Part shown: piece after piece, positions 12,960 through 27,978 of the stretch | How positions within the stretch are numbered: the stretch's first letter is position 1 | How the letters are laid out: each line of letters starts with the position of its first letter | From: Chiloscyllium plagiosum | Taxonomy: Eukaryota | Reading direction: 5' to 3' | Assembly (NCBI RefSeq): GCF_004010195.1 | Contig: NC_057752.1 | Span: forward strand, 7,076,099 to 7,140,098 | Length of the DNA stretch: 64,000 bases | Notes under the pieces: generated by a model | What the model was told of the DNA's origin: nothing | Databases searched by the model: none | What the model saw: the letters and a program-made list of their open reading frames with translations, nothing else | Translations under genes and position numbers: made by a program

Positions 12960-15230
12960 ACAAAAACAGAAATAGCTAGAAAAGCTCAGCAGGTCTGGCA
13001 GCATCTGGGGACAGAAATCAGAGTTAATGTTTCAGGTCCAGCAACACTTCCTCAGGACTGATGGTAGCGAGGAAAATGTTGGTTTTCATAAAGAAGATAG
13101 GGGGTAAGGAGTAAATGATAGGTGGAGATAGAGCCCAAAGAGGGAAAAGAACATTTGGACAGATAAAGGAATGGATAATGGTCAGCCAAGGAGAAATGAA
13201 TGGTAGACAAGCAGGAGGCTGGAAGAACACAGCAAGCCAGGCAGTATCAGGACGTGGAGAAGTCAACATTTTGGATGTAACCCTTCTACAAATGGGACTA
13301 TTAATGGCTAACAATGGGTTGTGTGTAATAGCAGACCTTCTGAATAACAAGACCTGGTGTATTGGGGTTGGGTTAAGGACAAGGACATGGGAGAAGGTGC
13401 CTCAAGCCCTAAAATTGTTGAACTCAATATTGAGCCCCGAAGGCTGGAGCGTTCCCAAGTGGAAAATGAGGTGCTGTTCTTCCAGGTTGCACTGAGCTTC
13501 ACTGGAGCACCACAGCAAGCCTGAGACAGAGTCAGGGAACAGGGTGGTGTGTTGAAATGGTAGGCAACTGGAAGCTTAGGGTCTTTTTTGCAGGCGGAAC
13601 ATAGATGTTCTGTGAAGCGGTCACCCAGTCTATGCTTCATTTCCCCAATAGGGCATATTGTGAGCAGCGAATGCAGTAGACAAGATTGTGAGAAGTGCAG
13701 CTAAAGCACTGCTTCACCTGCAAGGTATGTTTTGGCCCTTGTATACTGAGAAGGGAGGAGGTAAGTGGGCAGGTGTTACACCTTTGGTGGTTGCAGGGGA
13801 AGGTGCTGTGGGGCAGTGGGGAGATTGTTGGGAGTGAAGGAATAGCGGACCAGGGCGTCCTGGAGGGAATGGTCTCTGTGGAAGGCGGATAAGGGAAGGG
13901 AGGGGAATATGTTTCTGGTGGTGGCATCTCACTAGAGGTGGTGGAAATGGTGGCTGATGATCTAGATGTGGATGTTGTTGGGATGGTAGGTAAGGACGAG
14001 GGGAACCCTATTGCTGTTGCGGGAGGGAGGAGAGGGGGTAAGGGCGGAAGATGTGTCAGAGCTGGTTAAGGGCCCTATCAACATCAGTGCTGGGGAATCC
14101 TCGGTTGAAGAAGGCGGTGGACATTTCAGAGGCTCCCTTGTTGAAGCTGGCCTCATTGGAACAGATGCGACAGAAATGGAGGAACTGGGAGAATAGAATG
14201 GAGTCTTTACAGGAAGCAGGGTGTGAGGATGTAGAGTCCAGGTAACTGTGGGAGTCGGCAGGCTTATAGTGAATATTAATGACTAGTCGATCCCCAGAAA
14301 TGGAAACAGAGATGTTGAGGAAGTAAAGGGAGGAGTCAGAGATAGACCAGGAGTGGAAATTGGACGCGAAATTGATGAACATTTCGACATTTTGAATTCC
14401 AGATGAGAGAGGGAAGCAGCACTGATGATATCATCGATATATTGGAGAAAGAGTTATGGGTAGGACTGGTGTAATGAATGTTCCACATACCCTCACAGAG
14501 AGACAGGCATAACTGGGGCCCATGCAGGTACCCATGGCCACCCCTCTGATCTGAAGGAAATGAGAGGAATTAAAGGAGGAGGGTGGTGGTGGGTGGGGAC
14601 GGTTCAGGCCTTTGTTCCAGGAAGAAGCAGAGAGCCTTGAGTCCATCTTAGTGGGGGATGGATGTGTAAAAGGCATTGCATGTCCATGGTGAAGAGAAGG
14701 CAGCTGGAGCCTGCAAACAGGAAATTCTGAAACTGGCATAAAGTGTCAGAGGAATCACGGATGTACATGGGCAGGGACTGGACCAAGGGAGAAAAGACGG
14801 AGTCAAAAGTAGGAAGAGATGAGTTCTGTGTGGCAGGAGCGGGCTGAAACAATGTGGTTTTTCGGAAGGAGGTAGAGCACGCTGTCCTGGTTGGGGGACT
14901 ACTGGGTAGGGCGACTATTAGCTTGGAGGCCGTGAGGGGGGAGTGCCAGATGAAATGAGGTCAGTGACTGTAGCTGATACAATGGTCTGATGTGCCATGG
15001 TGGGGTCATGGTCCAGGGAAGATAGGAGGTCTCTGAGAGCTGGCATTCAGCCTCTGCAACATAGAGGCTACAACAACACCACCTTTATCAGCAGGCTTAA
15101 TAACAAAGTCGGGGTTGGATCTAAGCACGTGGAGTGCAGTCAGTTTGGAGGGAGATAGGTTGGATTGGGTGAGGGGGGGGGCAGACAAATTGAGGCGACC
15201 AACATCATGTCAACAGTGGCTGGTAATCTT
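12960..15230 (-). mobile_element. Decayed Penelope-like element (RT + GIY-YIG endonuclease)
   Basis: Fragments IKPADKGGVVV, QIRGVAMGTCMGPSYA, HYKPADSHSYLDSTSSHP, NLVYCIRCSQ, RLGDRFTEHL. Confidence 0.85.
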
Positions 15231-15234
15231 ATTT

Positions 15235-16680
15235 AGAACAAAGAACAAAGACAGTTTACAGCCCAGGAACAGGCCCTTCGGCCCTCCAAGCCTGAGCCGT
15301 TTCAAATGTATTATCTAAACCTGTCGGTCAATTCCTAAGCATCTGTATCCCTCTGCTCCCCACCTACTCATTAATTTGTCAGGACGCATCTTAAATGAAT
15401 CTACCGTGCCTGCCTCTACCACCTCTGCTGGCAACGTGTTCCAACCGCCCACCACCTTCTGTGTGAAGGACTTACCACGTGTATCCCCCTTAAACTTTCC
15501 AGCTCTCACCTTGAAAGCGTGACCTCTCGTTTTGAATCCTTCACCCTGGGAAAAATCTTATCTCTATCCACCCTGTCTATACCCTTCATGATTTTGTAAA
15601 CCTCAATCAGGTCCCCCCTCAATCTCCTTTTCTCTAATGAAAATAAACCTAACCTACTCAACCTCTCTTCATAGCTAGCACCTTCCAAACCAGGCAACAT
15701 CCTCGTAAACCTTCTCTGCACCCTCTCCAAAGTGTCCACATCCTTTTGGTAATGTGGCGACCAGAACTGTACACAGTATTCTAAATGCAGCCGAATCAAT
15801 GTCCTGTATAATTTTAACATGACTTGCCAGCTCTTATACTCAATACCCTGTCCAATGAAGGCAAGAATACTATATGCCTTATGACCACTGTATCCACCTG
15901 TGCAGTAACCTTCAGGGTACAATGGACCTGCACTCCCAGATCTCTCTGCCCATCAACCTTTCCCAAGGCTCTTTGTTCATTGTATAATTCGCTCTAGAAT
16001 TAGCGTGTTTAAATGCATCCCCTCACATTTGTCTGGATTGAAAACCATCTGCCACTTTTCCGCCCGACTCTCCAGTCTATCTATATCCTCCTGTATTCTC
16101 TGACAGTCCCTTATGCTTTCTGCTACTCCACCAATCTTCATGTCATCTGCAAACTTGCTGATCATACCAACAGAGCCCTCTTCCAGATCATTTATGTATA
16201 TTACAAACAACAGTGGCCCAACATTGACCCCTGTGGAACACCACTGGTCACCTTTCTCCATTTCGAGAAACTCCCTTCAACCACTACTCTGTCTCCTGTT
16301 GCTCAACCAGTTCTTTATCAACCTAGCTAGAACACCCTGCACACCATATGTCTACCTTATCAAACACCTTACTAAAGTCCATGTATATGACATCAACAGC
16401 CCTTCCTTCATCTATCAACTTGGTCACTTCCTTGAAGAACTCTATTAAGTTGGTAAGGCACGATCTCCCCCGCACAAAACCATGTTGCCTATCACTGAAA
16501 AGCCCATTCTTTTCTAATTATAAATAGATCCTATCCCTCAGTACCTTCTCCAGCAACTTTCCTACCACTGACATCAGGCTCACTGGTCTGTAGTTATCCA
16601 GAATATCCCTACTACCCTTCTTGTACAGGGGACAACATGAGCAACCCTCCAGTCCTCCGGCACCTCACCTGTATTTAAGG
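15235..16680 (-). mobile_element. CR1-type LINE (RT half)
   Basis: GPLLFVIYINDL...ISKFADDMKIG, LEYCVQFWSP, RRLRGDLIEVYKIM. Confidence 0.9.
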
Positions 16681-17882
16681 AGGGAAATGAGGGACGTGCT
16701 ATATATGCCTAATCAAGCCAGCTTGTCATCATGGTTATGGGCCTTTCGCACATGTGTAATGCCTTTAAATGTGTGCAAAATGGGGCAAAGTTCACCCCAC
16801 CAGCTTCTCCCACTTGTGAAAATCTCAGAAAATTACTTCTGTAATTCTTCTGGGGTTTCTGCAGCTCACAGAAGTTTGCCTCCAGAAGCTGGGTGTGTTT
16901 TTATGCCTCTTGACAGTTTCTAATAGTTCCGGTTTACTTACTGAACAGAGGGGTTGGCTCTTTGCTATCACTGGAGTGACCTCAGATTGGAGTGATTTTG
17001 CTAACATTTGTTTTGTCGTATTAAAAACAAACAGTTACAGGAGATCTGGGAAATATAAGTATCAACTTAATTAAATATGTAAGCTGTGTTCTATGTATTC
17101 AACCTCAGCATGGAAAACAATGATGTAGGTCATGGAACAAGTTGGGAACCAACCAGACCTTGCAGGTTTTGTGGACAATAACAGTTTTTCTTTGAACCTG
17201 TGCTCTGGCATGATTTAAAAAAACGGCTAAATGTGAAGTACAATTGCATGAATGTTTAAAACAAAAGTTGCAAACCTACTTAGTATTTGGTTTCAGGTCC
17301 TCACTAACATCCCTTTAACAAGCAGGATTAGGTTCCTCAGCTGACCATCACATGAACAAGTCAGATGAAGATTTTGGGAGGCATGTGATGTGGATGTTCT
17401 CAGCAGGGATCTCGCTATATTACAATGTTTAGAGATGAAATCTATCACATGCCTTAAACAGCCTGATGTTTCTTCAGGCAAAAAAACCTAAACTCATAAA
17501 CTGTGGGAATTAATGTCCTTAGAACTAAATTAATTAAATGAAAAAGAAAGTAGAAAAGATGAAAACAATCAAAAGAAACTAATTTGCTAATTCAGAATAA
17601 TTTCAAATTAAAATTAACCTTTGGTCAATTCAACAGTATTTTAGGGGTAGATGTATCTTGGAAAGTATTTCATTGCCTCTTGTCCAGGTTTACTTTAGAC
17701 TAATTGAGGTCAATTGGTATTGTTAATCAACAATTCCATTATTGTTTGATCATATGACTACCAGGAAATGTAGAAGGCAAACAAAATGAACCTCGATAGT
17801 TTCCCTCCAAGATAAATTATAAAGTCGAGCAGAATACAATATTGTGCCTTCAATTGCTTTTTGTGGTTTGGTCTTTTGACAG

Positions 17883-18017
17883 GGTCTCCTAATGACGGAC
17901 ACAGAAGGAACAAAGAGAACTTTTCCCCTCGACAGTCAACGGGCTACAAATCCTGGAATTCTGATCTTTATCCCATTTGGAAGAATGGGGACTCTAGATG
18001 GCATGACTGTTGGAAAG
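17883..18017 (+). CDS. PMEL: PMEL exon 2
   Basis: cag|gg...g|gtgaga; encodes ...YKSWNSDLYPIWKNGDSRWHDCWK, the PMEL/GPNMB WN..LYP.W...CW motif. Confidence 0.93.
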
Positions 18018-19521
18018 GTGAGAATGTGAGACTGAAGTATATTACACATTTTGATTGTCAAAATTGGACTGATTTATGAAAATCAGTAAATACTAGAATA
18101 CTTAGTAAAGCTGGCCCGAGCACTTCAGAATTTAATGAATTATTCACTCCTTGCAGGACATAGAAGAATTTTGTATTTCTTTGCACAAAAGCCTCAATCC
18201 TAAGTCAAGCAAAGGTTTATTAGTATGATAGGAAAGCCATTCTGCAAAACACTGTGTATCAATTGCACCTCATTTTTCCTTTTATATTCCCCATTTTCCA
18301 TTCACAGCACCCCATTGACTGACTGTATCTTTCCTGTCCAACTGAAATTTGTTCAATCCTTCATTCTTTCCTTGCTCATGTGCATTTTCTTTCCTTTATG
18401 CTCAATCCTTCCCATCTCTGTCAATGTCTCCTGCCCCATAACGCTCCAAGAACTCTGTATACCTACAATTCTGAGCTCTTGTGGATCCCCCTCTTCCTTA
18501 ATCCCATAATTGATGGCCATGCCATTAGCTCTTCAGGCCTAAACTCTGGAATACCCTAACCAACCATCCCTGTCCCTTCACCTCTCCAATTAAAAGATGC
18601 TATTTCTTTGACCACGGTTTTGATCATATCTCCTACTATTTCCTTGTTGGCTTGATGTCTGATAATGTTCCTGTGAAGTGTTTTGGGACATTTCACAATA
18701 TTATGTACATGCAAGTTGTTGATATCTCAGGTTGTTCACACTAATCAATCTTGATGTTCTAATTTAGAATTCAAACAATGCGGTAACAATATTAAAAATA
18801 GTCCTTTCCAAACTTCCTGGTGCACAAATTTCAAAAAAGACAACCAGAGAATATAAAACACAAAAATAAGTAAGAATTAAGTGCCTGCATTGCCAGAGGT
18901 TTAGGAATTTGAATGTGACCACATTCTCTACTTAACATGTAACATTATATTGATAGTACTACCTATTGGTACAGTAGCTTTGGATTCCTCGCATGACACA
19001 TTATTTTTAATATGCAGTAGATCCCTGAAAGATTTATATATTTATTTTAATACTACTGCCAAGTTTCTTTGGTGTAGGTATTCAAAAACCTATATCATAG
19101 CTAGAGCATCATCCCTTGTCTGAGTTTTTGTGCATCAGCGGAATGGATCTGGGGATATGTGCAAAATGAGCAACTATTGTTGCTTTTAATAAATAACTGA
19201 GAAAATAAGTTCATTTGTAAGTATGCAAACAATTCCAAGATCAATTTGAAATATTGCAACAACTAGATGTTGAACCTAACCCATGTACAATCTCTCTGTT
19301 AGTTCAAAGCAGATGGACACTGCCCTGAAAGTGTGGGTTAGTGGTACCATGAAGATCAAGATCCTAATGGGATACTATTCATTCTGTTTATAAACACATC
19401 TTCCACCAGTTCTTGTTGTTCTAAGGACAAGTAGCCAAGGTTTGTGGACAGCTCATGGGCTTGCCTAAAAGTAACCTACATGTTTAAGTGCTACACATTC
19501 AGATTTTCTCCTTATTCACAG

Positions 19522-19668
19522 GTGGACCAATTTCACTTGAAGTTAACAACGATGCCCCCACTTTAACTGGTGCTAAAGCCACATTCTACATTAACTTGAA
19601 ATTCCCTCAGAATCAGACCATCCAGGCTGATGGTGAGATTGTTTGGACTGAAAACTGTACTTTAAATG
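19522..19668 (+). CDS. PMEL: PMEL exon 3
   Basis: GPISLEVNNDAPTLTGAKATFYINLKFPQNQ...DGEIVWTENCTLN; 147 nt, AG/GT, phase 1-1. Confidence 0.95.
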
Positions 19669-19779
19669 GTAAGATTGTGATCTTTTGCCGAATAAATAGC
19701 TGAAAATGACCAGCAGCCATATCAAACAATAACAGGATTTGGAATGGTTTAGCTAATCAGAATAGTATTATGATTTAAA

Positions 19780-21365
19780 ATAGTAGGTCCTTGAGGGTGG
19801 TAATACCTGGGCTATTGCCAGTGCCAGATGCTCGTGAGAATAGGAATAGGAGGATGGACCAGATGAATGCATGGATGAGGAGCTGATACAGAGGGCAAAA
19901 ATTCACATTTTTGGACCATTGGGGTAGAAATGACCCGTATAAGAGGAACGGATTTTGCCTGAATTGGAAGGAGACCAATATTTTTGCAGGGAAATTTGCT
20001 GGCGCTACTCAGGAGGCTTTAACCTAGTAAGTGGGGGTGGGGTGGTGGGAGGGAACCAAAGCAATAGTGAGAAAAGAGAAAAGTCTGAGGCTGGTTCAGT
20101 AGATAAGGGGGAGCAAGTCTAACAGTCAAGGCAGACAAGAGCTTTACAGAGAATGAGGTAAGACTGATAAATTAAACTGCATTTGCTTCAATACAAGAGG
20201 CCTGAAAGGTAAGACAGATGAACTTAGGGCATGGTTGGGAACATGAAACTGGGATATCAGTTATTATAGAAATGCAGCTCAGGGATGGACAGCTTGATGT
20301 TCTGGGGTATAGATGTGCCAAGAAGGATGGAAGGGAGGCAAGACATTAGGAAGATTGGCGTTTTTGGTTAGGGACAACATTATGGATGTAATTAGGCACG
20401 ATATTCTTGGGAGATCGTCCAGTGAAGTTATATGGGTGGAAATTAAAAATAAGAAAGGGATGATCACCTTGTTGGGATTGTATTATAGGCCCCCAATAGT
20501 CAGAAGAAAATTGAGAAACAAATGTGCAAGGAGATCTCAGATATGTGTAAGAAAAAAGGTTGTAATACTAAGGGATTTTAACTTTCCAAGCATAGACTGG
20601 GACTATCATATTATTAAAGGCTTGGATGGGGAGGAATTTGTGCACGAGAAAACTTTCTTATTCAATATATGGATATACCCACTAAAGAAGGAGCAATACT
20701 TGACCTTCTGTTGGGAAATAAAGTAGGGCAGTGGGGGAGCACTTTGGGGCCAGTCACCATAATTCTATTAGTTTTAAAATAACGATGAAAAAGGATTGAC
20801 CGGATAAAAAAGGTAAAGTTCTAAATTGGAGTAGGGCCAATTTTGACAGTATTCGACAGGAACTTTCAAACATTGATTGGGGGAGGCTATTCGCAGGTAA
20901 AGGGATGGTTGGGAAATGAGAGACGCTTAAAAATGAGATAATGAGAGTTCAGAGACAGTATGTACCTTTTAGGGTGAAGGGGCAAGGCTGGTAGGTATAG
21001 GGAATGCTGAATGACTAGAGAAATTGAGGCTCTGGCCAAGAATAAGAAGAAAGCATATGAATAGGGATCGAGTAAATCCCTAGAAGAGTATAAAGGCAGT
21101 AGGAGTATACTTAAGAAGGAAACCAGGGCAAAAAGGGGACATCAGATAGTTTTGGCAAATAGAGTTAAGGATAATCCAAAGAGATTCTCTAAGTACATTA
21201 CAGGCAAAAGAATTATTAGGGAGAGAATAGGACCCCTTAAAAATCAAAGTGGCCATCTATGCGTGGAACCATGGGTGAGATACTAAACAAATATTTTGCA
21301 TCAGTATTTATTGTGGAGAAGGACACAGAAGCTAGGGAACTTGGGGAAATAAATAATGATGTCTT
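19780..21365 (+). mobile_element. Decayed CR1 LINE (ORF1 end, AP endonuclease, start of ORF2 linker)
   Basis: IWVEIKNKKGMITLLGLYYRPP and DFNFPSIDW endonuclease motifs. Confidence 0.85.
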
Positions 21366-22824
21366 GATTTTAGGCCTTATCAATGCAATGGTTCCAGCCC
21401 AGCCGCAGAAAGAAGGAAACTAAAAGAAGCACTCCCTCTTTACCACAAGTCGCACACTCTCAGGGACTTTTGTTTCCAGTCAGGATCTGCACGGGAACCT
21501 CTGAAGTTTTTTAGGAGCTACACTAGTAGAATTTTTTAGGGAATTTATGACTTTTCAAGGCAAGTAGGAACAAGTTCAGGTGGTTGCCATTGGCTTAATC
21601 GCTCACTCCTTGAGTAACTTTACCTCCTAGCTGGCTCATTGTTCTCTACTTCTCTCTCTCTACTAGAGGTTAGACTGATGCACGACTCGGGCTGAGGACC
21701 GGCCATTGGGAGGGGGGGAAACAGAGAGCAGTGACATTTGTGATCTCTGATAGTGTTGTAACAGTAACATAGCTGTAACATATACAACCTGCCTATGATC
21801 ACAAATCATCCATCCTAGTCATTCCAGGATGGTTGGCAAACCTATATCAAATTGAGGTATTTAAGTTGCTTCAAGTAAGATGGACAGACAGAGAGAATCA
21901 GAGCCAGGCTGGTCAAGGGTGATGTTCAGAAGCACTTTTCCACAGAAAGAGTTGTGAAAATCTGGAAAATCCTCTCCCTGAAAAAGCTGGCTTAGGCTAG
22001 GGTCAATTGAAAATGTTAAAACTGAGATTTATAAATCTGTTATATAAGTGTTACTAAGGGATATGGAATCAAAATGGGTAACGGTCTCGCCATGAACTAG
22101 TGGTTCATGGGGCTGAGCGTCTTATTCGTGTTCATATTTACTTTAACTGTTATTGCTCCAAATTTAAACACTGCATACTTCACTTTATTCTAAATCTTTT
22201 CAGAAATCAGAACAGACATTTACATGCAAGTCTATCTTATAAATTTAAAACTATCTGAAGTTCACTTCAAAGTTCTGATTGCCTTTTCTATGTGGGAATG
22301 TTATTTTAAAGATTTTACTCACCAAGTAAATAGAAAGTGAGTTATAGAAGGGTTACATGGACACATATTGGGAGCAAAGTGTAATGTGTTATTTAGTTGC
22401 TGGCCATGAAGGTTGTGTTTTATTTGTATAAACTTGTATTGTATTTGCCAAGAAAGCTATCTGTCAAAAAATATCTCTAAAGACACCAAGGACTGAATTC
22501 CAGCTTCAAGGATTTTATGCCTAATATGGTGTGGATACAATTCTTATCAACTCAGTTCAAGTAGCTAAGATTTTCTACTTCAGTGTTTCTGCACATGAGG
22601 AATGCATATGAGGAAATATTATCCCTTTCCCAGCTTGAGATTTTCTGTCCAAAACAAAATGAGTAGTTTGAAAAATCCAGACTGGATGTATAAAGTTTCC
22701 TGCCATGTATTCCTTGTGTTCATCAGGAGTGCTGATTGGAAAATGCCATTAATTGTAAGAATGCATCATATTTAGTGATATTTTATGTGTGAGGCATATG
22801 AATTTGCCTGCGTGTATTCTACAG

Positions 22825-22965
22825 GTACGCAAATAACTGCTGGTGAGTCAGTGTATCCTAATAATACATGGCAGAATGGTGACAAGATGTTTCCGGATGG
22901 AAGGCCCTTTCCAAGAATCGCAAAGAAGAAACGATCCAAATTTATCTTTGTATGGCAAACTCTAG
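22825..22965 (+). CDS. PMEL: PMEL exon 4
   Basis: TQITAGESVYP...FPDGRPFP...FIFVWQTL; AG/GT, phase 1-1. Confidence 0.95.
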
Positions 22966-23575
22966 GTAAATGAATGATTTAACTTGGCTTTTTAAGAATG
23001 AATTATCCAAGATCTCCATTTCTGTAAAATATGAGTCAGCAAGGAAGGTTGGGCATTTCGAATGAACTCTGCACATATATCGTGCAGTGAAACTGAGGTT
23101 AGATGATTTATTATAGGATTTTTAGTTGCTCACAAGGCTGATCTCCATTTAGCTACATAAGTGTTTTTTGATAAAGGCAACATGAAATAATGCATATTAC
23201 ACTAAAAAGGCAGATATTTTTCAAGGAATGAGTTGGGAATGATTAACAAGTATTCAAAATTCATAGAAAACAAGGCTGTTGAGGTGATTCAGTCTCCAGA
23301 TACATACATCCCTCTAAAATAGATACAACTGCATGTGAAGTAATATATATAATTCTGGCACAATGGTTTCTGAAGATGTTCAGCTGCATCAGACAAAGTC
23401 TCATGGACTTTTAATAGACTAAGAAAAGAATACTTAAGCTTATACTTGTTGGAACTTTCTTTGTTAAGATCGAAAGAATGAACAGTTCAAGAACTTTGAA
23501 ATTGATGATTGGGTAAATGATGTCTGGCATCTCAAGGAATTGGCATACTGATCTTTTTTTTTGAATTGTCATCAG

Positions 23576-23737
23576 GAAAGTACCAGCAGGTTGTGGATGG
23601 GCCATCATCTCTGGTGGTTATTGACACAACAGATGTCCCATTAGGTTCCTACACCATGGAGGTAACTGTATATCATTATCGTGGACGCCAGAAATTCATT
23701 CCAATTGGAAAAGCTAATTCACAGTTTACAATTATTG
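23576..23737 (+). CDS. PMEL: PMEL exon 5
   Basis: KYQQVVDGPSSL...LGSYTMEVTVYHYRGRQKFIPIG...FTII; 162 nt, phase 1-1. Confidence 0.95.
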
Positions 23738-23999
23738 GTAAGAGGCTGGATTGGATACTGAAACCATTTGACAAAGTATGTGGTTTGGTTCTGTTTGGAA
23801 GTTGGCTTTTGAAAATTCAATAAAAACACATTCACTTTCAGCCACAGTAACCCATGTTTATATAGATATTTGGTCGGAAGTATTTAAAGGAGTATGTTGT
23901 ACATTACAATACCAGTACAAATCCCTAAAAGGCAAAGGTTCTCTATGTAGTTAACTGACCATGGTTAACAAATGAACTAGGAGGCAAGGGCAATTAGAG

Positions 24000-24174
24000 T
24001 TGAGACTGTGGTGCTGGAAAAGCACAGCAGGTCAGGCAGCATCCGAGGATTCCTGATGAAGGGCTTTTGCCCAAAATGTCGATTCTCCTGCCCTCAGATG
24101 CTGCCTGACCTGCTGTGCTTTTCCATCACCACACTCTCGACTCTGATCTCCAGCATCTGCAGTCTCACTTTCTC
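24000..24174 (+). mobile_element. Penelope-derived short insert with inverted arms and TSD
   Basis: caagg(g/a)caattagag at 23985-23999 and 24175-24189; degenerate hammerhead ctgatgaagggcttttgcccaaaa. Confidence 0.75.
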
Positions 24175-24684
24175 CAAGGACAATTAGAGATCTAGAAGAC
24201 CAAACTCCAAATCCATACCTTAAGGCATTCTCCAAAGTTTACATTGTCCTGCCTTGGAAATACATTGCCATTTGTTCATTGTCACTGGATTAACATCCTA
24301 CAACACCTGACCTAATAGCATTTTGGTAATAACTTCATATATAACGAAAGTATTTAGGAATGCCCATAATCTCCTTCTCAACACCAACTAGGAATAAGCA
24401 ATAAATTCTGACTTTTCCAATAAAGCCCTCCACCCCCAACTCCAACATTTAAAGAAGAGGGTAGGAAATCTATAAAAAAACAATGTGGATGCAGGGAACA
24501 TAATGAGATACAAATATGAGGTTAAAACAACTTACAAGGGACATCAAAGCTAACAGCAAAAGTTATATAAGTATATTAAAATAAACAAAGGTAAAGGGGA
24601 ATATGGGCCCTTTAAAGATAGCTGCAGGCAGTAAAAATAGGCAATAAAGAAATGGAAAGCACTTTGTATCTGACTGCACAGTAA

Positions 24685-25001
24685 AGATTAGATTAGATTA
24701 CATTACAGTGTGGAAACAGGCCCTTTGGCCCAACATGTCCACACCGACCCGCCGAAGTGCAACCCACCCATACCCCTATATTTACCCCTTACCTAACACT
24801 ACGGGCAATTTAGCATGGCCAATTCACCTGACCTGCATTTCTTTGGACTGTGGGAGGAAACCGGAGCACCCGGAGGAAACCCACGCAGACACGGGGAGAA
24901 TGTGCAAACTCCACACAGTCAGTCGCCTGAGGCGGGAATTGAACCCGGGTCTCAGGCGCTGTGAGGCAGCAGTGCTAACCACTGTGCCACCGTGCCGCCC
25001 A
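24685..25001 (-). mobile_element. V-SINE (HE1-like), young copy
   Basis: Near-identical to 41950-42262; (agatt)n tail, reverse A/B boxes. Confidence 0.9.
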
Positions 25002-27978
25002 CAAAGGACGACAACAAAATACCAGCAGTATAAGGGATCCTAGTCAAGAGAATGAGTCTGGTGGATTGAATGTAAGTTTTAAAATGGGAATGAAGAAAAT
25101 AATGAGATAGGTAAATCTCCAGTCCCTATTTGTTTTGATCTGATAGATTAAAACAAAGAAAATTGTAATGGTTACTTATAATTTTCTAATGTGCACTTTG
25201 TTCAGGAATCGTGCTTTTAGGACTGGAAAATAACGAATGAGGCTGCATCACTTAGAGGGAGCAAGAAACCAAGTAACTTTAGACCTGTCAGTTGTAGGGA
25301 ACTTACTGGAATCTATTACTAGAGACAGAGTGGTTAAGCATTTGGATGAGTGTGAACTGATCAAAGAGAGTCAGTATGAATTTGTGAAGGAAAAGCAGAA
25401 TATTGCAGATGGTGGAAATCAGAAATAAAAATAGAAAATGCTGGAAAAGACCTATCCGTTTAGGCAGCACTTGTGTAGACAGAGAAACAAGAGCTAACAT
25501 TTCAGGTCAGTAACCTTTTAGCAGAAAGAAAAGAACTTGGAGATGTAATAGGTTTTGAACAACAGGTGTGTGGGAAAAGCACAAAAGGAAGGTCGGTGAT
25601 AGGGTGGAAGACAGGAGAGATTGAATGATAGAACTGATAGTCCTAATGGAAGTGGAGGCGGGACAAAAAAAATTCAAAAGAAACAAAATGGGGACAATGA
25701 AATTGTTGAGCTCAACTTTGTGTGTAATGTCCTTAGTCGAAAGGTGAGGTGCTGGTGCAGTTCCTTGAGCTCACGTTGATCCTCACTGGAACAGTGCAGC
25801 AGGCCAAAGTCAGAGACGTGAGTGTGAGAGCAAGGTGGAAAATTAAACCAACAGGCCACCAGAAACTTGGGAATCATGCTTGTGAACAAATGGAGGTGTT
25901 CTGTAAGTCTTTCACCCAATTTTAAATTTGGTCTAGTCTATGTCGAGGAGACCAACTTGGAAGCAGCATCACTCATTTTGATCCCTGGCCAACTGCACTG
26001 TTCCAGGGAGGCTCAACATGAGTTTGAGGAACAGGATGAATATATCCCAAATAGGCATTTTACAACCTCCTTGTGGCAACAATTTCAGACTGTAAATACT
26101 TGTTCCTACTTGTTTCCATTTCTCAGTTCATTTTGTTTCCTTTCAGATAGCTCAGGTAGGGGAATGATATGGATGTTTCTTCTATGAACATATGGAAGTC
26201 ATTAATAAATGAATCAATAAATGCACACAGAATTGTTAGTAACTTTGTAATATATCAGCAATTGGCTGCAAGTTAGGAGGAGGCAGAATATGCATTTTAG
26301 AGAATTAGTGTGATGTGATGTTTCCCCACTGATCTGTAGTGTCGCCTCAGGTTTTCATCATACTTAATGACTTGCAGATTCAACCAAACAAAGCCCTGGG
26401 TGAAAGGTTTGAGGACGGACCTTGAGTACAGAAGATTTTGGGGTGATCTAATTGAGGTCACTGAAACGAAAAAAGGGATCCGAAGGGCAGACACCGAGAA
26501 ACAGGGGTTGGGGGTGGGGGAGGCTATGTTTATAATGCCAGATCATTTACAAGTTAAATCAGGATGCACTTTTCTTCAAACAAAGGTCAATTGAAACATG
26601 ACCTTGTATGCAAGGGTTTTGACACTTTGTTCAGAATGGACAAAAGATTTCTTATATTACTGATAAGCTCACTGCAAATAACAATTGTGTATAATGCTGC
26701 TTACTCTCCTCTGACTGACAATTAATATTTGAGTTAATCAGTTAATTCAAACTAGGAATTTGATTAGAAAATAAAATTTCAGAAGCAAGAACAGCAGTAT
26801 TAGAATGCAATTATTTACATAAATTTAAGAATTCAATTTCAGAACAATGAAACATTGCCAGCTGGTTTAAATCCTGTCTATGACATTACTCTTGTACCAA
26901 TGTGACATAAGGTAATTTATAAATAAACTTGGCTATTCGTCGAGTATTTTACTCTGCTCCATAATCTAACTCAACTATGTTAAGAGCAGGTAATCATGAA
27001 ACATACATATGCCCAAGACCCAACTTTAATCTTTAAACTGTTTCCTTTAAGAAACATGCAGTAGACAGTTCTGGTAGATTTGTAAATTGAACTCACTTGC
27101 AAACCAGTCATACAAGATGACTGCCATAACCCTATCAGCCTGTAGCATTCTGCCTCCTTTCAATTAATTTATGCCAACCACTTTATCTCTCTCTCCATCA
27201 TCAATCTTGAACAAGGCTAATCAATGTCTAAAATCACCCTGAAGCTGAAACAAATTTGTCCACCTAAACAGCTGCTTAGCATTATATGTCCATATCATTA
27301 TTTATACCAATGGCCAGATTTTCAGTTTATCGAATTATACATGTTCCCTGCACAAGGCCTAAGCAACATTGTCCTTTATGAGTAATTCTGCAAACAAAGT
27401 GTGGAAAACTGTGGGTAATCAATTTACCATGCTGCTGGCTAATCCGGCAATGCTGCCAAAAACCTTGACTGCACTGGTAATCGAAAATCAGCTTTTATAT
27501 TTCCACCAGGAGAGTAGACCAAATCCAGTTCCTAATTATATACCGGAACCCTCAGTATTAAGCCACTTCTCAATGATAATGAGGATTCTTCATTAAGAAT
27601 CTCCTTTCTTTAGGGTTCTGAGTATATGGCTTATATTTTACTCAGGGTAGGAGATGATGAAATAAATTTGAATAAATAAATGAAATATTCCCTTCCCTTC
27701 TTAAGTTATCCAGAGGTGAGAGTGTACAATTATGTTCCTAGCATTATAATTGTTCTTAGCATTTAGTAAAGTTTGAGTCAGTGTGACTTGTTTTAAATGT
27801 GCTTTTCATGTAAAATCTTTTAATGCAGTTCCTAAGATGAATCTGAGATATTATCAATGGAAACTAGATGTTCTTGCGGCTTTTTAAAACTAGTTGTTAG
27901 ATAATAGTATTTATATTAGTGTTTTTTTTAACTTCAGCTTTGAATTCTGTACTAATTTGATTTTCTTTCTCCATGCAG